From assembly GCA_951406725.2 (NCBI GenBank), contig OX597817.1:156364001-156428000 (forward strand): a DNA stretch of 64,000 nt, in the 5' to 3' direction. Origin of the DNA: Octopus vulgaris (lineage: Eukaryota). Shown piece after piece: positions 1-11,713 of this stretch; the first letter of the stretch is position 1, and each line of letters begins with the position of its first letter. The position numbers and the translations under genes are program-made. The notes under the pieces were generated by a model, which saw nothing but the letters and a program-made list of their open reading frames with translations, was not told where the DNA came from and did no database searches.

Positions 1-195
1 TATACACACATACACACACATAAGGTCCTGCGTTCTCTCCTGATGATCCCTGAGCCTACTGGCTTTCTGCTACTGGTATATAGAGTTTTTGATTGACTGC
101 TCTTGTACAAGCAAGTTGTTTCCAAGTCTGTATATAAATACATGCATACATACATTTGCATGTTGTTTGGCTTGGTTCAAATTCAGAATCTATTT

Positions 196-599
196 ACTCT
201 TTACTTGTTTCAGTCATTTGACTGCGGCCATGCTGGAGCACCGCCTTTAGTCAAGCAAATCGACTCCGGGACTTATTCTTTGTAAGCCCAGTACTTATTC
301 TATCGGTCTCTTTTGCAGAACCACTAAGTGACGGGAACGTAAACACACCAGCATCGGTTGTCAAGCAATGCTAGGGGGACAAACACAGACAAACAAACAC
401 ACACACATACATATATATATATGTATACATATATACGACAGGCTTCTTTCAGTTTCCATCTACCAAATCCACTCACAAGGCATTGGTTGGCCCGGGGCTA
501 TAGCAGAAGACACTTGCCCAAGATGCCACGCAGTGGGATTGAACCCGGAACCATGTGGTTGTTTAGCAAGCTACTTACCACACAGCCACTCCTGCGCCT
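196..599 (-). mobile_element. tRNA-derived SINE, family A (full length)
   Basis: Minus strand begins GGCGCAGGAGTGGCTGTGTGGTAAG (A box) with B box GGTTCAATCCC, an internal (TA)/(TG) tract and an AAACAAGTAAAGAG tail. At least 10 near-identical copies occur in the window. Confidence 0.92.
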
Positions 600-744
600 A
601 TTTCTAATGTATATTTTCAACAAATTCATTGGATGTCAAACATAATCATCATTATCCTTAACGTCATGAGTGTTTTCTTCATTTCACAAGTCCATACCAA
701 GGTTAGTAGCTACCTCAAGTACAGTATGTGAAAATACTGTACTT

Positions 745-945
745 TGTTGTTGTTTTAACTCCATACCTGAGTGAGCAGTCCTTAATCAGAAATGTTCCGG
801 CTAGAACTATCATGTCTAATTGCCAGGAATTATATATCCAAAACTACATTCGCCACCCCCCCCCCCGTGTCCTAGATGTCTCTGTTAAGTTGGCAAGATG
901 TAATTTGTTTGCTATTTCTAGCAGGCTGAGTAACCAGGTTACTGT
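745..945 (-). repeat. Old interspersed repeat, family E (motif GCTGCTATTTCTAGCA, (AAC)n tail)
   Basis: Degenerate match to copies at about 14040-14250, 23690-23870, 33790-34020, 43366-43670, 47165-47625, 54955-55130 and 56610-56810. Confidence 0.6.
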
Positions 946-2359
946 TCCCTCCTACCCTGTTGGTTAGTGTGAACTGAAATACTATGTATGTTGTTAGTAT
1001 GTGTGATGTATAATAAACTGCAGTACTGTGTGTTGGTTAGTATGGTGTGTGTGGTCTGTGATATCTTAGTGTGTTTGTTTGGAGTGTGAGCTGTGTTACA
1101 GTGTTAATTGCTTCCTGTAATCTTCTATGATGTATTAATTAGTATGAGAGTGAGCTAAGAACTTGTGGATCTTTCAGCAGGCTGACTGTAATGAAAGTAA
1201 GGCACAGAAAGCCAACAGGACAGTCTTTTTCTAGCCAAACTGACATTAATACCATGACAAAACAGATGTGTCGACAACTTTAATTCTTTACCCTCCTTCA
1301 TGTTTGTGGGTTTTGCTGACAAAAGCCAAATGTTTCTCCAAATGTTTCTCCGCCCCAACTTCCTGTGTAACAATACTGTTTTTATTGGTAATATAATTAA
1401 AAAAAAAAAAAAAATAGGTGACTATTTGTCTAAATTGTAATCCATAGTACAACAAACTGAAGCACTAAGATGGAACTGCAAGTGTTCAGATGTGTTTGTG
1501 TCAAGAGACAAAGAACTTACTTATAGCCTGTTGCACTTTCTTTTGTCTTTCTTTCCTCTACCCCCTCCTCTCTCTCTCTCTCTTTTTCTCTCTTTCTCCC
1601 TCCCCCTCCTAATTAATCCCATTATTTCTTAATACTCTTCTGTTTGTCGTTGAACATTGTAATTAATTTTGTTGTGTTAAGCTGGCAGTGTTGTTGTTGG
1701 CGCTGTTGATTCGATGGTGAGGGCGTTTGGGTCATCAGTCTGGCTAGCAGAGTGGGCGGGTGGGTGGGGGTTCGTGCTTGTGCTCAGCTCCTCCTGCTTA
1801 ATTAACATTCCCTTTTGGCAACTTTCTTTTCATATCTGAATAACACTAATCAGATAATCTTAATCTACAGAAGAAGAATTATCCTATCCCAAGCATGTTT
1901 ATAAAAAATAAAAAAATTTAAACAAAAACAAAAAAGAAAATCTCACATAAAAAAATTAAAAAAAACTTTTTGAAACACCCACCTATCCTGCCTTCTTTAC
2001 AATTTACATCCCACCTCCTTACTGACAAATTACTATTGTTGTTGTTGGTTTGTTGGTGTTAATATTATTAGTTCTATTTGTTACTGGATTGGCTGTGATT
2101 GATAGTGCTGGTGGTGTTCTCTCTGGTGGTAATAAATAATCTTGGTAGCGATGATATTAGCGGAGGTGGTAGTGGGTGTATGTACAGGCTCTGATCTGAC
2201 AGGCAGGTGGAGAGAAATACCTGGTGGCAATAACTAAGTCTTGACATTCACACTCGCGCACGCACTCTTACTCTTTCTATCTCTCTCTCTCTCTCTCTCT
2301 CTCTTTCCCCCCTCCCTCTCTCCTCTCTATCATTATCTGTCTGTCTATATCTTCCTCCA

Positions 2360-2390
<31 letters not shown>

Positions 2391-2588
2391 CGTTTTAACT
2401 AAGGTAGCCCATTTAGTTTGAGAGCTGCACATGAGCAGGAGGGTGTCATTGTGGGATTTGAGGAAGAAAAGAGGCTGACAGCTAGCAGCAGGAATTTTGG
2501 TGCTTGAGACAAGAGCGAAAGTTCTGAAATGAAGTTGGTATTTACGATAACATTTTAAAATAGTCACACCACTGGCACTTGTGTGTGT

Positions 2589-2600
2589 TGACGTCATTGG
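2589..2600 (+). promoter_or_regulatory. Palindromic CRE (TGACGTCA) abutting an inverted CCAAT box (ATTGG)
   Basis: TGACGTCA at 2589-2596 overlaps ATTGG at 2596-2600 in unique sequence, about 130 bp upstream of the ATG at 2726. Confidence 0.5.
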
Positions 2601-2725
2601 TCACTACTCAAAGACAGCAAAAAAAAAAAAGATAGAGAGGGAGAGACAAAGAGAGAGAGGACATTCTTCTGGTCACTCTCGCCACATCTCTTCAGGCAGC
2701 ACAGGATTCTAAGTACAGGCAGAGA

Positions 2726-2812
2726 ATGACGGCTATCCTTACTCCAGCATCAGCTCACTACGTTATCAAGACTGACCGCCGACTTCATCCACCAGGAAGT
2801 CCAAAATTTGAG
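2726..2812 (+). CDS. Candidate first coding exon (or uORF), MTAILTPASAHYVIKTDRRLHPPGSPKFE; gene unidentified
   Basis: ATG with A at -3 (agagaATG), 29 open codons of non-repetitive CpG-containing sequence, then donor GAG|GTACTG in phase 0. Follows a CT/GA-rich leader. Confidence 0.5.
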
Positions 2813-3393
2813 GTACTGTAATATCTGTTCTTTGTGGTGCAAGTATGGTATTGTGCATTGTGGTGTGAGGGGTGAAGGGACAGGTGGAGTGATGTTCAGG
2901 ACGGATGGACAGACAGGTGGGGTGGTGTTCAGGACAGATGGGGGTGGTGTTGGGGCAGACAGACAGATTGACAAGTGGACAGGTATAGAGAGATAATTAA
3001 ACATAGATGGCAAGCAGAAAGTATGGACAAAGATCCAAACAAATGAAGGATTTAGTTGACAGAGGTTTAGAGAAATGGGTAAACAAATAAGGGAACTGAT
3101 AGGCAAATAGTAAGAATGGACAAAAGGGCAGATAGATATTAGGGTTGCCCAGCAAAGAAGAGTCAAATAATGCAATGAATGAACCAATTGTTGAGTAGAC
3201 AGAAAAACAAGATTAGCAGACATTTTAAGTTAAGCATGTGATAAGGAGAAGTTCCAATGATCTTTTGAAAGTTCCCCTTGTCTAGTAAACTGATTTAGTC
3301 AAGGTCTAGCTTTAACATCTGCTGGAATAAGCATCTGCTTATAATGAACAGTGGAGGTGAATTAGAATGCCTGGTCTGACTGCTTACAGCAGA

Positions 3394-3603
3394 TTAACCC
3401 ATTAGCACTCTGTCAAATGTAAAGCTTATTTATTCACATTGTTTTCAGTTAATAGTGCATTTGCCTATAGCTTTGAGATTTCATTGACATAATTGTTATT
3501 TTTGAACTGACATAGTGTGAGATGACAGATCTGAATGGCTTGAACATAAAACAGGTGTAATATTGAAAACTATATATGGCGGGCTTAAATGCTAAACAAG
3601 TAA
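3394..3603 (-). mobile_element. Degenerate TTAA/piggyBac-like MITE, family M1
   Basis: TTAACCC left end; internal sequence matches 25505-25733; right end decayed. Confidence 0.6.
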
Positions 3604-4067
3604 ACTTTGCTAATGATTCCCAAGCACCAGGTAATTCTGTTAAATGAGAGTGTTAGGCCTATCAGAGATTTAGACAGATATCAGGGATAAGGAAGGCTGG
3701 ACACAGAGAGACAGAGAATAGGGAGGAGAAAGAGATGTTATTCTCAATTCTCTGCTTCTAAACTCTAATAGAAAATGGTCCAGAATAATATTCCACCTCC
3801 CGTTTCTCTACCCCCAATCCACTTAATTCTTATGCTTTATTTGTTTGCCTTTCCTGCCATAGGAAATATATTAATGTCACCACTTCCCCTCAGCAGTTCT
3901 TCCTTTTGTGACTCCATGATATCAAGAATCTTTGCAATCAGTTGTTTATTTCTAAAACTCTACTGTACTTTCTTTACTTGAAACAAAAGGTTGTGGGTTC
4001 AGTTCTGTTACTGGTCAAACAAATGAATCATTGTGTCATTGCCCAATCAAATGGAACAATTATGTGT

Positions 4068-4101
<34 letters not shown>

Positions 4102-4278
4102 GATGTCTTCATATTGTCTGTGTGAATAGAATGTAGATATGATACATGTGTACACGCACACTCACACACACAGTTAAATTAAAGCAATCAACACCTCTGC
4201 CTTGCTATATTGTATTCATATTTTGGCATGAAATGTTTCTACCTTCTGGAGCTAACTACAGTTATATATATATATATA

Positions 4279-4474
4279 TGGAGAGTTTACAAAAAAAAAA
4301 AACAAGACAAAGACAGGTGGTGTACAAAACAAACAGATGTATTAGTATAACGCTCAGGAATAGAAAATGTCTTTTACATTTCGAGCCTACGCTCCTCTAC
4401 AGAAAGGGACACAGAAGAAACAAGGAGAGAAAAAAAAATGTGTGCAGTGGCTAACGATCTATCATGGCGTCTGA
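4279..4474 (-). mobile_element. Penelope-like element terminal remnant with a minimal hammerhead motif, inserted in (TA)n
   Basis: Flanked by (TA)n on both sides and contains a minimal type I hammerhead-like motif (4369-4410). Confidence 0.55.
4369..4410 (-). ncRNA. Minimal type I hammerhead-like motif (A6U core variant)
   Basis: Minus strand reads CUUU-CUGUAGA-G-GAGC(GUAG)GCUC-GAA-AUGU-A-AAAG. Stems I and II pair; stem III is AUGU, probably a decayed ACGU palindrome. Confidence 0.55.
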
Positions 4475-4943
4475 TATATATATATATATATATAAGTGTG
4501 TGTTGGGGTGGTTGGATGATAATCTTCTAGTTAAGATTCCATAAACCAAAGTCTGAAAGTTTTTCAAATAAGAGAAGCACCACAAAAGGAAAATACCAAA
4601 AAAGTGCTCAAAAGGTAGTTCATAGTTGATGTATATCTGCTACAGACCACACACTTGGGCTGTTGGCTGTTGTGAGTGAATTCACCTGCTCTGGGCTGTT
4701 CTCGCCCAGCCACTTAAGTTGGCGCCAGTTTATTTATCAGCAGCCATCGTAACAACACTTTGATATGCGTCTACCACACACCATGTGTGTTTTAGTGCTG
4801 TACCATGCTGAAGTGGATGCAGATATTCCTGTGGGTAATAACTGCGAAAAGAAAACAAGAAAACATCTATGTTTTATCAACAACACCAACTGTAAAGTTG
4901 TTGGAAAAACTCAACTGATGCTAGTGCATGTGTTTATGTATTC

Positions 4944-5007
4944 TGACTACCAGTTCTGAAAGAAGCCCAGCCGGAACTGAAACAGAAATAACCCTGTTAA
5001 CTAGTCA
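4944..5007 (+). ncRNA. Degenerate type I hammerhead-like motif
   Basis: UGACU-acc-AGUU / CUGAAAGA / weak stem II / GAA-ACAG(aaauaacc)CUGU-U / AACU-AGUCA. Stems I and III pair, but the core has one extra A. Confidence 0.4.
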
Positions 5008-5069
5008 CCAAATAATAAAGAATATATATTTATAAATAGAGAAGCACACATTTGCACATAAACAGTCTA

Positions 5070-5383
5070 TATCATCATCATCATCGTTTAGCACCCGTTT
5101 TCCATGCTAGCATGGGTTGGACGGTTCAACCGGGGTCTGTGAAGCCGGAAGGCTTCATCAGGCCTAGTCAGATCTGGCAGTGTTTCTACGGCTGGATGCC
5201 CTTCCTAACGCCAACCACTCCGTGAGTGTAGTGGTTGCTTTTTACATGCCACCCGCACAGGGGCCAGACAGAGCTGGCAAATGGCCACGAACGGATGGTG
5301 CTTTTTATGTGCCACCAGCACGGGGGCCAGGCAAGGCTGGCAACGGATACGAACGGATGGTGCTTTTTACGTGCCACCGGCAT
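5070..5383 (-). mobile_element. Family D retroposon (5'-truncated, (GAT)n tail, internal ~57-bp tandem units)
   Basis: GGATGCCCTTCCTAACGCCAACC core, CATCATCATCG tail and repeated GGATGGTGCTTTT(T)A(C/T)GTGCCACC units; about 10 copies in the window. Confidence 0.88.
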
Positions 5384-5384
5384 T

Positions 5385-5423
<39 letters not shown>

Positions 5424-5428
<5 letters not shown>

Positions 5429-5442
5429 CATAAACAGTATAT

Positions 5443-5475
<33 letters not shown>

Positions 5476-5960
5476 AATATGCAATAAAAGTCAATAATGT
5501 TGATTGTTCATTTAGTTTCTCTGAGCCATTTTAAAGCTTTGGTTTCTTCAGAATTGATGAAATTATTATTAAGTACCAGTCGAACATTGGGGTCAATGTA
5601 ATTGTTTAACCCCTCCCCTAAAATTGCTGGCCTTGTGCCGAAATTTGAAGCCATTAATTAATTAATTAGATGATAGAGTCGAAGCTTTCGTTTCAAATAA
5701 AGACTATATATTTATAGCGAGGCACACATTTGCACATAAACAGTATATATATTTATACACACAAACACACAAACATACAATAAAAGTCGATAATGTTGAT
5801 TGTTCATTTAGTTTCTCTGAACCATTTTTTATAAGTACCAGTCAAACACTGGGGTCAATATAAGTAACTAACCCCTCCCCTAAAATTGCTGGCCTTGTGC
5901 CAAAAATTTGAAACCATTGATTAATTGGATGATAGAGTTGAGGCTTTCGTTTCAACTATA
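5424..5960 (+). repeat. Local tandem duplication of about 230-290 bp (partial third copy at 5025-5068)
   Basis: TTGCACATAAACAGT...CAATAAAAGTC(A/G)ATAATGTTGATTGTTCATTTAGTTTCTCTGA...GCTTTCGTTTCAA occurs twice, each time including a SINE B2 tail. Confidence 0.85.
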
Positions 5961-6643
5961 TACATTCTCCTCTTTCATGAAAATGGATTTTATGCTTAAT
6001 TAGCTGTGTCAGTATACACGTGTTTATACATTAGATTCTTTATTTAGGGATGCCTATGAATGTGTGAGAGAGCGGTTGCTGGTACATGTGTGTTTGTGTG
6101 TGTATGCTTATTTGTGGTTTTCAATATGTTTATGTGTACCCCTGTGTGTGTGTGTGTGTGTGTGTTATATGACAAAGTTCTCATGTTAATTGCTCATTTA
6201 ATTAAATGCTCCCTCATTTCTAATTTACACCTTTAAATCATTCTATAACATTGTTACTGACATGTGTGTGTTGTGGCATATGATGTGGGGTAATGTGCTG
6301 TAATGCTGCGTAACCATAACGTGGTGTGTTATACATAATCTGGCTTGGTCATCTCTTCTTTCAAATATCATACTTCGTTTAGTATTTATTAGGTTCAACA
6401 CCCATCTCAGTTACTAGATTGACATCTCCCACATTTATCTTTTCTCCCCCCCCCCTCTCTCTCTCCCTCAGACAACCAAACATCATCCCCATTAGCACCC
6501 TTGGTATTACCCCAAACCCCACCATCCACCCCCACCACTATCATCTTCTAAATCAGCTCCCCTTTCAAATGTCAACTACCCACCATTTTACTCACTTCCT
6601 GCCCAGAAATCCTCTTTTGATTATATTAAGGATATCCTTGCAG

Positions 6644-6751
6644 GAATTCCTCCTCCCGGTGATGACACGCTCTCTGGAACACAGCAGATGAATCACTGAC
6701 ATCTGTTTTGTGTTTCTCGGAGAGCCACCAGGCATCTACTCTGGCAGACCA
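6644..6751 (+). other. Candidate 108-nt internal exon with an in-frame UGA and a long hairpin
   Basis: Acceptor ccttgcag|GAA and donor CCA|gtaagc; GC-richer unique sequence. Phase-0 reading is EFLLPVMTRSLEHSR*ITDICFVFLGEPPGIYSGRP. A 22-bp hairpin spans 6669-6725. Confidence 0.4.
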
Positions 6752-7057
6752 GTAAGCTTATTCCACTGTCACATCACGTGTTTGGTGGCTGCCTAGATGT
6801 GTGTGTGTGCGACTTAGATTGCCTGTTTCTATGACTGATATATGACAGCTCAGGTAGAGGACCTGTAGTGAATAATGGAACTGTATGGTATTATTAACAG
6901 CAGGTAAATCCTGATTCAGTAAACATTTGATTAAAAGCATCTCCGTCATTTAGACCCCACTTTGATTCATATTTTACATGGATGTACCATCCTGTCTATT
7001 CCATGTATTAAAAATCATATTATATTCTTATAATTAAATATTATTAGAAATCGTATT

Positions 7058-7446
7058 CTTTTCTTTACTTGTTTCAGTCATTTGACTGTGGCCATGCTGG
7101 AGCACCGTCTTTAGTCGAGCAAATCGACCCCGGGACTTATTCTTTGTAAGCCTAGTACTTATTTTATCGGTCTCTTTTGCCGAACTAAGTTACAGGGATG
7201 TAAACACACAGGCATTGGTTGTCAAGTGATTTTGGGGGGGGGGTACAAACAGACACACAAACATATACACACAGAAAGTTGTGGTAAAAGAGTACAGCAG
7301 GGATCACCACCATCCCCTGCCGGAGCCTCGTGGAGCTTTAGGTGTTTTCGCTCAATAAACACTCACAACGCCCGGTCTGGGAATCGAAACCGCGATCCTA
7401 CGACTGCGAGTCCGCTGCCCTAACCACTGGGCCATTGCGCCTCCAC
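7058..7446 (-). mobile_element. Chimeric SINE: family C head joined to family A tail
   Basis: 7273-7446 matches the 5' part of family C and 7058-7270 the 3' part of family A, in the same orientation, joined at a CA/GA microsatellite. Confidence 0.8.
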
Positions 7447-7472
7447 CTTTACCCTATATATACATATATATA

Positions 7473-8283
7473 CAGGGTGCAATGAAAATAACACTGATAT
7501 CTCATTTTAACAGCTATATTTACCAAAATTACATTAAAATATCTTGAAAGAGTAAAGAGTAAATTTATTCAATAAAATCGCCATTGGCTTCAACCACGAC
7601 CTCCAGACAACTTCGTTATCTCCTGCAACTCTTCTGGATGGTCTCTTTGTTTAAGTTGGTGAATGCTGCCATAATCCTTGCCATCAGTTCATCTTTGGTG
7701 TTACAAGGAGTTTTGTTGGTCTTTCGCTCAACTGTGCCGCACATATAATAATCAAGGGGGTTGCAGTCTGGGGAGTTCGATGGCCAGATGTTAGGGGTGA
7801 TGTGATTACAGACGGTGCAGAGTCTTGTTGCCAGATAAAAGGGTCTTCCAGCAGCCATCCACTTGACTCAGGGCAGCATTACCTCCTCCAAGCACTTGAT
7901 GTAGGCCTCCGTGTTGAGTCTGAGGCCGTGTGGGTAGATAAATGGAGATATAATATTGCCATCGCTAGTGACCACTCCAAACACCATGATGTTAATAGAA
8001 TTTGGATTTTTATCACTCTTGGTACGTGTTTTGAGGACATGGCAAGCCAACAGTTGTTCTGTGTGTTCACCATCTGTTTATATTGGAGCTTCCAGCACGA
8101 ATGTCAAGCAGTACAACATGTCATTTTCAAATTTCTGGCAGAGTGAATTGCATCATGGTGCTGTTTTTCTCACAGATGATGCCCAACTGACCCTACTATA
8201 CTGCATAGTTGACAAAATCAAAAACAAACAATGCACATGTGCGAAATTAAAAATATAAAATGCAACATTTTACTTTCACACCC

Positions 8284-8285
<2 letters not shown>
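7473..8285 (-). mobile_element. Internally deleted Tc1/mariner transposon, DD37D (maT)-like; transposase pseudogene
   Basis: Termini TA|CAGGGTG ... CACCCTG|TA. Broken minus-strand frames give MVFGVVTSDG..PFIYPHGLRLNTEAYIKCLEEV and WPSNSPDCNPLDYY (SPDLNPLDY-type third catalytic Asp). Confidence 0.88.
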
Positions 8286-8289
<4 letters not shown>

Positions 8290-8345
<56 letters not shown>

Positions 8346-8356
8346 TAGATATATAT
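8290..8356. repeat. (TA)n microsatellite
   Basis: About 26 perfect TA units plus a GATA variant. Similar tracts lie at 9558-9598, 10618-10664 and 44041-44078. Confidence 0.95.
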
Positions 8357-8357
8357 C

Positions 8358-8542
8358 CCCTGTTGGCATGTAAAAAGCACCCACTACATTCATGGAGTGA
8401 TTAGCATTAGGAAGGGCATCCAGCTGTAGAAACACGGCCAAATCAGACTGGAGCCTGGTGCAGCCTCCTGGCTTCCCAGACCCCAGTCGAACTGTCCAAC
8501 CCATGCCAGCATGGAAAAACGGACGTTAAATGATGATGATAA
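8358..8542 (+). mobile_element. Family D retroposon (truncated)
   Basis: AGGAAGGGCATCCAGC core and CATGGAAAAACGGACGTTAAATGATGATGAT tail. Confidence 0.85.
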
Positions 8543-9551
8543 TGATAGTGAAGGTAAAGGATTTGTAGTAAGTAGGGAGGTGTAATGTTGAATGAGAGTG
8601 AAAGAAGACTTTGTGATTGGTGATTTACCGTGCGTGTTTAGTACTTCTAATATTTCTGTGCTATATACATGAATTTGTTGTGGAGAAGAGCTACAGAGGA
8701 AGACCACATAGTGACATTCTTCTTTCCTCTTCCCAAAAACCATTTGTAAAAGTACGAAGAGAAAGCAAGAAAAGGAACCTTTTAATGTGAACTGGAAATA
8801 TCTGCAATTAGATTAAGGTTATGAAATACTACTTGTTGTTCTTGTGAATCTTGACAGAAATCATTTAGTCTGGGTGGTAATAACTAATGTTGTAATAGCC
8901 GTTGTTATTGTTTGTGGGGGCGCTGGTGCTGTCTGTCAATGCTGCTTTTATTGTTGCAGTACTTGTTATTGTAGTAGTAGTTGTTGTTGTTGTGATGTAT
9001 TGATTATTTTCAAGTAGGTTAGTGCCTGACTAATTATTGATTTGTTTCTCATCTATCTATAGCCTTTTGTTCTTCATGGAACTGTTGAATGTTTGTGTGT
9101 GTATGTGTGTGTAACGGGGGTTTGGGAGCTGTTGAACTGGTAGCCTTTCAGGAACCATATATTTACAGTTTATTGCAAACGGATTAAGGACCATTTAGGT
9201 AGATTAGCAAGGTCTAAATTTCAAATTGAGCTTAGCGTCTACTGTTGTGTGTGTGTGTGTGCACGTGCACATATTGATTCTATTCATTTCTGATCATTAA
9301 ATTCAATATATATATCTAGGACTAAAGAATGTGGGTGTTAAGGAAATGGAAGAGTTATAACGAAAAGTGTGTGATCACCAAACCTATTTCAAGTAGGGTC
9401 TGTTCATCCAGCAATTCCTCTCTTACTCACTTCATTCTATAGGACATCCTGTGTAGTAAATGAGATGATGTTCTTAACCTATCATTTATTAATCCCCATC
9501 TTAACAGTTCAGCTAATGTATATGTATGCATTAATATGCTGTTTGTGTACG

Positions 9552-9600
<49 letters not shown>

Positions 9601-9601
9601 T

Positions 9602-9790
9602 AGATAAAGGGTGAAATATAATTAATTTAATAAAATCAATAAATTTTATATGAGTTACAAATACTGTTGTTTGCGGAGACTTATTTTTGTAGCAATAGTA
9701 ATAGTAGCCCTTTGACTGCTATTTCTAATATTTTCGGTGTGTGGTTTAAGCAACTTGTTGCAAAAAACCCTTTATAATAATTAAATAAAT
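9602..9790. repeat. Unclassified repeat homologous to 31235-31533
   Basis: Shares CTGCTATTTCTAA..TTCGGTGTGTGGT with the inverted-repeat element at 31.3 kb; both sit in (TA)n. Confidence 0.55.
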
Positions 9791-9799
9791 ATATATATA

Positions 9800-10190
9800 C
9801 TAGCAGTATCGCCCGGCGTTGCTCGGGTTCTTTTCGACCCTTTAGAATTGTATTTTTTGAAAAGTAAAAATTTTGCATTATGTAGCTTGTTATGTAGCTC
9901 TTTAAGTGAACATTTTTCTGGTTGAAATACACCGAAAAATGGCGACACAGCAATAAAAAAATCGTAAAAAAATAGGGATTTTCATAGAATGAAAGCACCA
10001 TTTTGATGTAAATAATTTTTGGTATTAACATAGTCCGATTTGAATTTTTTCTTCTATGGAAGGAAGAGCAAGCCTTCTTCTATCATACTCTCAATTTTGG
10101 TCAACTTGCGCCGCAGGGTCTCGGAGGAGATAGTGTTAGTTGAAGGCTACCAAACCTGCCATACACAGACAACTTCAGCTTTATATATAT
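9800..10190 (-). mobile_element. Non-autonomous Helitron
   Basis: Minus-strand 3' end has hairpin CCCGAGC-AAC-GCCGGG, a short spacer and CTAG|T. The terminal ~30 bp is identical to 30927; the 5' end is lost in (TA)n. Confidence 0.8.
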
Positions 10191-10200
10191 ATATATATAT

Positions 10201-10410
10201 ACTCTTTTTACTCTTTTACTTGTTTCAGTCATTTGACTGCGGCCATGCTGGAGCACCGCCTTTAGTTGAGCAACTCAACCCCGGGACTTATTCTTTTTGT
10301 AAGCCCAGTACTTATTCTATCAGTCTCTTTTTGCCAAACCGCTAAGTGACGGGGACGTAAACACACCAGCATCGGTTGTCAAGCAATGCTAGGGGAACAG
10401 ACACACAAAC

Positions 10411-10441
<31 letters not shown>

Positions 10442-10614
10442 CATACATATATACGACAGGCTTCTTTCAGTTTCCGTCTACCAAATCCACTCACAAGGCA
10501 TTGGTCGGCCCGGGGCTATAGCAGAAGACACTTGCCCAAGATGCCACGCAGTGGGACTGAACCCGGAACAATGTGGTCGGTTAGCAAGCTACTTACCACA
10601 CAGCCACTCCTGCG

Positions 10615-10618
<4 letters not shown>
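10201..10618 (-). mobile_element. SINE family A (full length)
   Basis: Near-identical to 196-599. Confidence 0.92.
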
Positions 10619-10668
<50 letters not shown>

Positions 10669-10858
10669 TGTTATATATACATACATAGATAGAGAGAAAG
10701 GTTATACTACTTGTAACTAGTTACTACTCTGTCTCCTCCTTCCCCTCTCATCTGATCTGGTAAGGAAGATAATAAGATTTGAACTGTTTCAGTCCTCCTT
10801 CACAGTCAGCCAGACATTGTAGCAGTGATTCATCATTGTCTTAAGCAACAGGGTATCT

Positions 10859-10872
10859 GTAACTATGGTAAC
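10859..10872 (+). promoter_or_regulatory. RFX X-box-like site GTAACTATGGTAAC
   Basis: Fits GTNRC(C/T)-N0-3-RGYAAC, in unique sequence. Confidence 0.35.
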
Positions 10873-11454
10873 GATATATATATATATATACATCTGCATA
10901 CAGCAGTATTGCCTTACGTAATGCTCTTTGTTCAGCTATATACGCTCTTTGATTATAGATTAATTCAGGAGACTGAGTAGGAGGAGCACCTGTTCAATAA
11001 TAATTTTTTTTTAATTAGATTCACACAGGTGTTGGTAGGACAGTTTATTGCTGACTAGTTTATTGGTATTATCTACTGGACAGACTACTATATGGGTGTC
11101 TATTGAACAAACACACTGTGTATGTGTATGACTATAGGTCAGCTTTTAAAACCATTTTAGTTTAAGGAAGAAGAGTAATGCCTATAGCTTTCCCATGCTC
11201 TCCCATATAAACGAGGTTGATGTTGGCATTAGATTTCTAAAACTTGATTGATGGCTAATGCAGCATTGATACAGCGTATATGCAGTTTGTGTGCAGTTTT
11301 ACCTGTGTTGGTTGCATAATGTCTGCTCTGCAGATTTGAAATTTTTCTAAACATTGCTGTTACCTAAACTCAGTTTATATTTCACATACTAGAGTCCTAT
11401 CTAAGACTTTGGTATATAAACTATATATTTCTATTGAATATGTAATTCACAATT

Positions 11455-11713
11455 TGAACCGTCCAACCCATGCTAGCATGGAAAGCGGATGCTAAACGAT
11501 GATGATGATGATACCTTGAAGATCACTGGTGATGGTGTCACGTAAAAACGATCCGGTGCATTTTGTATAGTAGTTGGCATTAGGAAGGGCATCCAGCTGT
11601 AGAAACCAATCCAAAACAGACTATGGAACCTAGTGCGATTCTTGACCTTGCCAGCTCCTGTCAAGCCATCCAACCTGTGTGAACATGGAAAGTAGATGTT
11701 AAATGATGATGAT
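11455..11713 (+). mobile_element. Two tandem family D 3' fragments
   Basis: Two CATGGAAAG..GAT(G/C)TTAAA(C/T)GATGATG-type tails, ending at about 11512 and 11713. Confidence 0.75.
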
